From contig OZ250179.1 of NCBI GenBank assembly GCA_965238125.1, positions 5,237,271-5,301,270 on the forward strand: DNA of 64,000 bases, written 5' to 3'. Below, in pieces: positions 57,738 through 64,000 of the stretch. A program made the position numbers and the translations under genes. Numbering within the stretch: position 1 is the first letter of the stretch; each line of letters opens with the position of its first letter. The notes below the pieces were generated by a model, which was not told where the DNA came from, did no database searches, and saw only the letters and a list, made by a program, of their open reading frames with translations. The DNA comes from Bryobacterales bacterium. GTDB lineage: Bacteria > Acidobacteriota > Terriglobia > Bryobacterales > UBA6623.

Positions 57738-59524
57738 TTGAGAGGTCGTCTCAAAAGGATTTCCCGCGCAAGTTCTTCCTCGGTCGGATCCTCGATCGGG
57801 CCGGCCCACACAGCCACCATGTCCACGATGTCCCGCTGCACGAAGAGCACTGCTTTAAAGCCCTTGAGCACACCGGCTAGCGTGAAGCCACGGATTGGGT
57901 CGCCGAACAACCCCCCCGGCACCCCCAAGGGAATGTAAGCCACGCCCGAGGTCTCCGCCGCCGGAAACACTTTGCGCAGGAACCGGTCGGCACTGTGAAC
58001 ACCGTTGTCGCACCCATCAGGACAGGCTTCCAAGTATCCGATGGCAAGCGTCTCTCGCGGAAAAAACTCAAAACTTTCCGACTTCGTATTGTTGTCGGTG
58101 GAAGTCTCCTCGACGATCGGATCGCCGCTTCCGTCCAAGTTGACTGTCGCCGTCAAAAGCAAGTCTTCGACTTGTGTCCATTCCCTGGGAAGAATGAAGT
58201 TTCCCGAAACCTCGAGCGCCCTTCGAAAGCTCGACATTCTAGCGTCCGAGTTAAGTGTTACCCACGGGAACCGGGTGAACCCGCCGACAGGGTCCAGCAA
58301 GGGGCCATCCGGCCCCGCCCGGCCTCGCAGGTTGACCGGCACACTGGGACCGAAAGATACACCCTCCGGCAGATTCGCGACCTGGGGATACACTCGCACG
58401 ACAGTCCGCTTGTCGGTGACCATCGGGATCACGTTGTCGTCCGTCTGCACCGCCTGATTGATTTCGATATGGCGAACCGAGTAATCCACTCCCTCCGGCC
58501 CTTCGCCGATAGTCCACACCCCCAGGCCGACGGACTCGAGGGTGCGAAAAATTTCTTCCACGGGGTTATCAGGCGTCCAGCGCACGTAGATGTCATACGG
58601 CCCGAGGATGTTTCGTTCTTGGGCACGAGCTTCGTCGAAGAATGCGTCGATGCTAAATACCAGACGCTGCTCGTTGATGACCTCCAAACCGCACATGTTG
58701 AAAGTGTTGCTGAACGGCTGCTCCACGCAGGGAAAATCACCTCCTGGAAAGAAGTTGGCGGAACGGCGGAGGTCGATGTCGTTCGACCGCAAAAGATGTA
58801 CCGTAATTCCCTCTGCCTCATCGAATCGGGCGCCCGGAACGTTGACGAAGACCTTCTGACGCGTGTTCAGCGGCTGGTTCTTGATCGCGCCGAGGCTTAG
58901 TGGGGCAGGTTCCTCGACCTCATAGATCTGCACCAGTAATCGTGCGACCTCTGTTTCGGTTGGTACGCCGTCCTGGAACGTCCGCTCAATCGCGATTGCC
59001 GTGACCGCCAAGGCCGTGGGGATTTGCAACAAGCTCTGCTCTAATGTTTGCGGCTTGCCGGCACAGAACCCGCCGAACTCACAGCTCACCGCGGGGATGC
59101 TGAGCGGCAGCGAACTCGAGCCTACGTTGTTCTCGTCCCAGTTGAGAGCGCCATTTTCGGCCTTTGAGGTGAAACCGGGCGTCTCGCCCGACGTTGCGCT
59201 GGCAATGAAATCCGCCCCTTCGGATTCGACCAGCATTTTGACCCCGCCGAATTGAGGCGGATTGATCACACGCACCTGCACCTGGGCAAAAAACACGTCG
59301 CCTGGATAGAGAGTGCCGGTGTCGGGCAGGACGCTGATGAGTTCAAGCGATGTGCCCTGCGCCGCGGCGCTGAAGGCGGCCGCATGCATCAACAACGCAA
59401 GTGCAAGAGCCAGCCGGATGAGGCTCGGCGTTGAGGACGTGTCCTCAGCCTTGTAGACGACACCCATCCCGCCTTCGCCGAGCTTCTCGGTGATGCGGTA
59501 GTGGGAGATGGTTTGGCCGATCAT
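57738..59524 (-). pseudogene. Same large secreted protein, N-terminal part, carrying a grafted kinase N-terminus
   Basis: [29 protein letters not shown] (kinase module) followed directly by [28 protein letters not shown] (signal-peptide-like), then non-kinase extracellular sequence. The frame continues ...LLRRPL|KSVFGSFIVPEG... across the IS. Confidence 0.8.
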
Positions 59525-59733
59525 GCCGGTCCAATTCTACCTTGTTACAGATTGGTGTTGATAACAATCGATGTCACAAACAAACAGATTTTTTTCGTCC
59601 AGCGTGCGCCCTCGGCTTGGGTTGAGGGTCCACCGAGAGGCCGTGATACGTCTTGAGTCTCGGATTCGGAGTGCGAACCGGATTTCGCGACATCAATCCG
59701 CAAACAGGCGCTATGTAGTTCGTTTCGAGGGGG
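59525..59733 (-). promoter_or_regulatory. Conserved kinase leader/junction module (complete copy)
   Basis: TAGAAT (minus) 59539-59534 with 9 nt to ATG 59524. Box TGATAACAATCGATGTCACA at 59559-59578. Spacer block CCGGATTTCGCGACATCAATCCGCAAACAGGCGCTATGTAGTTCGTTTCG at 59668-59728. Confidence 0.55.
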
Positions 59734-59930
59734 TTAGTCCTGCTCGCGGTCGCGGAACTCTTCGTGCCAGTTTTGGACGATGCGGATAGTGGTTGGCGTC
59801 TCAAGGCAACGGGGCGGCGCAACACCGTGTCCTCGGCCTTGGAGACGACCCCCATACCGCCCTCGCCGAGCTTCTCGAGGATCTCGTAGTGGCCGATCGT
59901 CGTTCCGACCAAGATAGTGGAATTGTACCG
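59734..59930 (-). pseudogene. Mini kinase-TolB relic: start + 40 N-terminal codons joined to the last 19 codons
   Basis: TACAAT (minus) 59927-59922, 9 nt, TTG 59912, [37 protein letters not shown], junction near 59791-59800, then (other frame) [18 protein letters not shown]-stop (59734-59736). Confidence 0.7.
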
Positions 59931-59955
59931 CTGAGCAGCGAATTGACTGACTACC

Positions 59956-60729
59956 CTACCGAGAGCTGGGGAGAAGTGTGGTGTCGCGCGCTTCGCCGGG
60001 ACGCAAAGTCCGACCCATCTCGCGGAAGAAGGTCTTTCCCCCTGTCGCGGAGTCAAACAACTCGAACATCGAGTTGATGTTCTCCAAAGGCGCCCACTGG
60101 GTCATATGACATTGCATCGAGGCCAACTCCTGTGCGCCGTACTTCGATCCATCGATCTCGGCCGTGATGAAGCGATCGTCGACTCGAGCCATTCGCGCTG
60201 GGACCCCAGGTTGACCGGGCTCTTCGGCGGGGAGCGACGCTGGCAGAGCAACGAAGTAGAGTCTCGACATTCGGTGCTGCGTGTCGGATGAGAGAAATAC
60301 CTGGGTCGCAATGTCGCCGACTAGACGATGGTCGCGATGCCCTGTCGCCCCGTCAGGTCCCAAGGTGATCATCACGTCCGGCTTGAGCTCCTCGACAATG
60401 TCGCGCAGCCGATCGCGAATCCCCTGCATGGTGGCTGACTCGTAGACCTTTCCGTCCTGGAACTGCAGCAAGATAGGTTCGTGAATCCCGAGCTTCTGAG
60501 CCGAGCAACGCGCTTCTTTCTCTCGAGCGGCTCCAAGCTGCGGACCGGCGGGTATGTCAGTGTTGGCCACACCGGCCTGACCTGACGTTGTGGTGACGAG
60601 GTAAACATCATGCCCCTCGGCCGCGTACCGGGCGAGAACGCGGCCAACGCTAGTCTCGTCGTCAGGGTGTGCGAACACGGCAAGAAGGGTGGCCGCAGGC
60701 GTACAGGGAACCAAAAGCAAGACGAGCAA
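59956..60729 (-). CDS. PIG-L family deacetylase (LmbE-like)
   Basis: [39 protein letters not shown] start as in the track; the start is uncertain. Confidence 0.8.
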   Translation of the reverse strand: MLVLLLVPCTPAATLLAVFAHPDDETSVGRVLARYAAEGHDVYLVTTTSGQAGVANTDIPAGPQLGAAREKEARCSAQKLGIHEPILLQFQDGKVYESATMQGIRDRLRDIVEELKPDVMITLGPDGATGHRDHRLVGDIATQVFLSSDTQHRMSRLYFVALPASLPAEEPGQPGVPARMARVDDRFITAEIDGSKYGAQELASMQCHMTQWAPLENINSMFELFDSATGGKTFFREMGRTLRPGEARDTTLLPSSR

Positions 60730-61080
60730 AAAGCTGCTGAGTCGCCATGTCGTTCAAATCCGGCGGAGCTATCGTACTACGAACATCCGAGTCTTGTAGG
60801 TCGGAGGCACTCATACCCCCGCACGGCGGGGGCATCCAGACTGTCGGCTTTCTTGCTTCAACTGACGCTCCGGGACTACTAGTGAAAACCACCGATCCGT
60901 TGAAAGATCCGATCGTACCACGCACGGGCCGTTGATTCAGCTCGGCTTTTGACTCGGTCGATGAAGGTCTGGGTGCTCTAGGTTGCGGAAACAAGTGTGT
61001 TCCGGATTTCGCGCCACCTATCGAAGAGAAGCAGAGCGGAGTCCCAGCCTACGTTGCGAGTCACTGTAGACTGTGAGGCG

Positions 61081-61749
61081 ATGAACTCGGTGCCATCAGT
61101 CCGATTCGGGGGCGGCTGTGGAATAGTCGGATGCGTGATCTTCGTCGCTGGCACGCTGATCCACCCGATGCAGGCGGATCCGAATGATGACCTGGCCGCT
61201 TTCACAGAGTACGCCGCCGATAGCTCTTGGGTCGCGAGTCACTTGATGCAGTTTTGCGGCTTTCTGCTCATCGTTCTTGCTTTGCTCGCGTTGGACCGCT
61301 TGATGCGGCCCGCCCGCGCACGGTCCTTCTCATCTTTTGGGTCGTTTGTGGCGGTTGCCAGCCTGGCGGTCTTAGCGGCCCTCCAGGCAGTAGACGGGGT
61401 CGCCTTGAAAATGACCGTCGATCAGTGGGCTCAAGCTCCTGAATCAGAAAGGCCCGACCTGTTTGCAGCTGCGATTGCCGTCCGCCGAATCGAGATCGGA
61501 TTGGCAGCGCTGTGGTCGCTTGTCACTGGTGTTGCGGTGGTTCTGTTCGGGCTAGCTACAACCCTGAGCGACAACCTGCCACGCTGGTCCGGCTACGCCG
61601 TAGCTCTGGCGGGAGTGTTCTCCTGCGTCGGCGGCGTCGTGATGGCCCATGAGGGATTCTCGGCGACCGCGATGAATATCAACTTGTCGGCGCTGATTGT
61701 AATCGCTTGGGTCGCGTACATGAGCGTTCTGATGTTGAGGCGCTCCTGA
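61081..61749 (+). CDS. Hypothetical integral membrane protein (about 6 TM)
   Basis: ORF 60997-61749; likely ATG 61081. Hydrophobic helices throughout; no family recognised with confidence. Confidence 0.5.
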   Translation: MNSVPSVRFGGGCGIVGCVIFVAGTLIHPMQADPNDDLAAFTEYAADSSWVASHLMQFCGFLLIVLALLALDRLMRPARARSFSSFGSFVAVASLAVLAALQAVDGVALKMTVDQWAQAPESERPDLFAAAIAVRRIEIGLAALWSLVTGVAVVLFGLATTLSDNLPRWSGYAVALAGVFSCVGGVVMAHEGFSATAMNINLSALIVIAWVAYMSVLMLRRS

Positions 61750-61886
61750 ACTTAGTGGGCTGGTCGCTGATAAGCGGGATTCCCATCCATTGAGCCGGTT
61801 CCCACCAAGCGCTGGATGCGCTGACGGTGGGGATCCCAACGAAGCGAGGGAACTGGGTGCTCGATTGTGACATCCGGGGATTCTTC

Positions 61887-63320
61887 GAGGATGTCCGATA
61901 GTTCGTAGAAAGTAGCGACTCTCCGCTCCGGGCCGATAGGCTCGGAGGAGTTTTTGTTTTTCGGAAAAAGGAGAGTCGCTATGAAGAGACAATATCAGAT
62001 CGACCGCGAGAACGCGGTCCGCCGATTCCGCAAGCAAGCCGAACAGAGCGAGCAGGAGTTGCAGCTGGACTTGCCGCTCAAGGAGGTCGCCGCCGCGTTG
62101 CAAGAAGGCGTCGGTCACTTGATGCGCCAGGCGGGCTTGGAACTCATGCAGCTCATCATGAGCAACGAGGTGCGCCATCTCGCCGGCGAACGCTACGAGC
62201 GCCGCGAGCCGGAGCAGCCTTTCCGCTGGGGACGCGAGAAAGGCTTTCTGGTCGTCGACGGACAGAAGGTTCCCATCGAGCGTCCGCGGATGCGCGGCCA
62301 GGACGGGCGCGAGCAACGCTTGGGCAGCTACGAGTTGTTTCGCCGCTCCGAACCGCTCGATGCCGCCGTTTGGGACAAGCTGATGCTGGGGCTGTCGACG
62401 CGCAACTATTCGAAGGCCGTGCGCGAATTCGCCGCATCCTACGGCATCGAAAAGTCTGCGGTGAGCGATCATTTCGTGCGCCTGAGTCGCGAAAAGCTGC
62501 ATGAGCTTGTGGAGCGTCCGCTGGACAAACTCAAGCTCTGCGTGATCTATCTCGACGGCATCGAGTTCAAGGGCCAACATCTGATCGTGGCTCTGGGAGT
62601 CGCCGTGGACGGGGCCAAAACGGTTCTCGGGCTACGGCAGGGCGCGAGTGAGAACGCGACAGTTGTCGGCGAGTTGCCGGATGATCTGGTCGAGCGCGCG
62701 GTCGACTTTTCCGTTCCCATGCTGTACGTGTTGGACGGTTCGAAAGCACTGAGGAAGGCGGTGCGTAAGCATGCCGGGAGCCAAGCGTTGTTGCAGCGGT
62801 GCCCGTTGCACAAGCGTCGCAACGTGACGGCTCATCTACCGGAGCCATACCGCAACGCGGTGGAGCGCAAGATGATCAACGCCTATCAGATGGCCCACTA
62901 CGACGATGCCAAGAAGGCGCTGCAGCGGTTGCACCGCGAGCTGATGGAGTTGAATCCGTCGGCGGCGCGCTCGTTGGAGGAGGGAATGGAGGAAACGCTG
63001 ACGGTGCATCGGCTCAAGATCGACGGCTTGTTGCGTCTGACGCTGACGACAACGAACCCGATCGAGTCGGCCTTCTCGACGGTCGATCGCATTTGCAGCC
63101 GAGTCAAGTGTTGGCGGCGCGGCGATCACCGCGAGCGCTGGGTGGGAGCCGGTCTGTGGCTGGCGGAGAGAAGCTTCCGTCGCGTGAAAGGTTACAAGCA
63201 GTTGCCCCAGCTGTTGGCGCAACTCGCTAAGCTCGACACACCACCTCCGGCTCAGGCCCGCGTGGCGTAAACTACAACCTGCGGAGAGCCGCGAGTTTCA
63301 ACGGAAATCCGGACATCCTC
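61887..63320 (+). mobile_element. IS256-family insertion sequence
   Basis: Imperfect terminal inverted repeats GAGGATGTCCGATAGTTCGTAGAAAGTAGCGACTCTCCGC / GAGGATGTCCGGATTTCCGTTGAAACTCGCGGCTCTCCGC (reverse complement of the right end). No 8-9-bp duplication recognisable. Confidence 0.75.
61981..63270 (+). CDS. IS256-family (Mutator-type) transposase
   Basis: ATG 61981; about 429 aa. LCVIYLDGIEFKGQHLIVALGVAVDGAKTVLG, MLYVLDGSKALRKAV, LQRCPLHKRRNV, TTNPIESAFS. Confidence 0.9.
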   Translation: MKRQYQIDRENAVRRFRKQAEQSEQELQLDLPLKEVAAALQEGVGHLMRQAGLELMQLIMSNEVRHLAGERYERREPEQPFRWGREKGFLVVDGQKVPIERPRMRGQDGREQRLGSYELFRRSEPLDAAVWDKLMLGLSTRNYSKAVREFAASYGIEKSAVSDHFVRLSREKLHELVERPLDKLKLCVIYLDGIEFKGQHLIVALGVAVDGAKTVLGLRQGASENATVVGELPDDLVERAVDFSVPMLYVLDGSKALRKAVRKHAGSQALLQRCPLHKRRNVTAHLPEPYRNAVERKMINAYQMAHYDDAKKALQRLHRELMELNPSAARSLEEGMEETLTVHRLKIDGLLRLTLTTTNPIESAFSTVDRICSRVKCWRRGDHRERWVGAGLWLAERSFRRVKGYKQLPQLLAQLAKLDTPPPAQARVA

Positions 63321-63557
63321 AAAAACAGCGAACCAGTGGCAGAGCGCCGTGAATGCCGGTCCGTCGAGACTCGTCAGTAGGCCGAGCTGCTCGAGTTCGG
63401 CGGCGTTTTCGTCCCAGACGACCTTCGCTTCGTCCGTCAACCAGCCGGGACATTCAGGAGCGGCGCCGCTCGGCTGCGGAACCTTCGGAAGCGGTCGCTT
63501 CGAAGGGTTTCCTTCTAACTCGCGGATCGGGACGGGTTTCGGCGGTCTGCCACGCAT
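63321..63557 (-). pseudogene. Phage terminase small subunit (P27 family), 3'-truncated by IS256
   Basis: MRGRPPKPVPIRELEGNPSKRPLPKVPQP...CPGWLTDEAKVVWDENAAELEQLGLLTSLDGPAFTALCHWFAVFE, then IS256 end sequence. Confidence 0.65.
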
Positions 63558-63895
63558 GTTTCACTCCCTGAAAGGTGCGGTATCAATTGATACCGCACCT
63601 GGCAAAAGCCACCCATGGGTCGTATTTGAGAGGGGGGCAAAAGCTGCGCATGCGCAGCTTTTGACAGGATCGAATGATTTGCGATCGCCATCAGACGTCG
63701 TGCGGTACTTTCGCCGAACGGTAGACGATCGCGGATCATTGGTTCAAACTCCCCGTGCGATAGTGTGCCTTCGCCCCCAACAGCAGCTTCTCGACAAACA
63801 AGAAAACTTCCAATTTCGCGAAAACTCGCGCGTGTGGGACGCGTGGTCTTGGTGCGCTGAGACTCCAAGGATTCGACCCGCCCCCGGTATCTCAT
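63515..63895 (-). CDS. DUF3102-like phage protein (possibly decayed at the 3' end)
   Basis: ...EIGSFLVCREAAVGGEGTLSHGEFEPMIRDRLPFGESTARRLMAIANHSIL...LLPPS resembles DUF3102. The ORF then runs through the palindrome and overlaps terS. Confidence 0.45.
   Translation of the reverse strand: MRYRGRVESLESQRTKTTRPTRASFREIGSFLVCREAAVGGEGTLSHGEFEPMIRDRLPFGESTARRLMAIANHSILSKAAHAQLLPPSQIRPMGGFCQVRYQLIPHLSGSETCVADRRNPSRSAS
63573..63600. repeat. 28-bp perfect palindrome AGGTGCGGTATCAA|TTGATACCGCACCT
   Basis: Each half is the exact reverse complement of the other. Lies 16 nt upstream of the terS ATG (minus strand). Confidence 0.9.
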
Positions 63896-64000
63896 TGTTC
63901 ATCAACTACTTACATTCACTCCCTAGCCGCTCGACAATCCGACTTGTCAAGTGGTGGACCAATTGGTACCGGACTTGCGGCGGCCGTGGCGAACAACGCC

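Noticed and set aside
59559-59578. The TGTGACATCGATTGTTATCA box as a CRP/FNR-type site (TGTGA-N6-TCACA).
   Set aside because: Only the left half-site matches. The right half is TTGTT, so the dyad symmetry is poor.
8400-59800. The junction modules as integron attC sites or a CRISPR-like array.
   Set aside because: No RYYYAAC/GTTRRRY core pair was seen, no IntI-type integrase with the extra domain was recognised, and no regular repeat-spacer periodicity exists. The copies are kilobases apart and on both strands.

Overview
This is a 64-kb bacterial segment of roughly 60% GC (estimated by eye). Its gene content includes MxGQTISHYK-type Ser/Thr kinases fused to TolB-like beta-propellers, a TIGR03437-type C-terminal domain, three PSCyt/DUF1549/DUF1553 + DUF1501 gene pairs, ThuA and a PVC-type dehydrogenase domain. 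This points to an Acidobacteriota (Solibacter/Bryobacter-like) or PVC-group genome, and sequence alone cannot decide between them. Only about half of the window is ordinary intact coding sequence; the rest is a plasticity zone. Mobile elements: four IS630-family copies (two intact 1093-bp copies with TA duplications and an A AAA AAG -1 frameshift site, one 5' half, one decayed copy); two 1667-bp IS1380-family copies in inverted orientation, each with its own 4-bp target duplication; one ISKra4-like element with a 9-bp duplication; one IS256-family element; and one rve/IS481-like element. Other accessory content: three tyrosine recombinase genes (two broken), one small serine recombinase, prophage scraps (terminase-small-subunit-like genes, DUF3102), and a probable diversity-generating-retroelement remnant (FGE/C-type-lectin-fold C-terminus + GC hairpin + Avd-like start, no TR or RT). 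About ten genes carry frameshifts or a premature stop. The most unusual signal is a conserved ~0.3-kb junction module. It consists of the last codons of a kinase-TolB gene, a spacer, a TGTGACATCGATTGTTATCA box, a TANAAT hexamer exactly 9 nt before the start codon, and the first 19-40 kinase codons. It recurs at 9 or more loci on both strands and sits in front of unrelated genes (a secreted TIGR03437 protein, DoxX, a beta-lactamase-family fragment). It also forms two interleaved inverted-repeat pairs 27-29 kb apart and coincides with several rearrangement breakpoints. No rRNA, tRNA or CRISPR array was seen. All similarity calls are from reading the sequence and from family knowledge; no database search was run.
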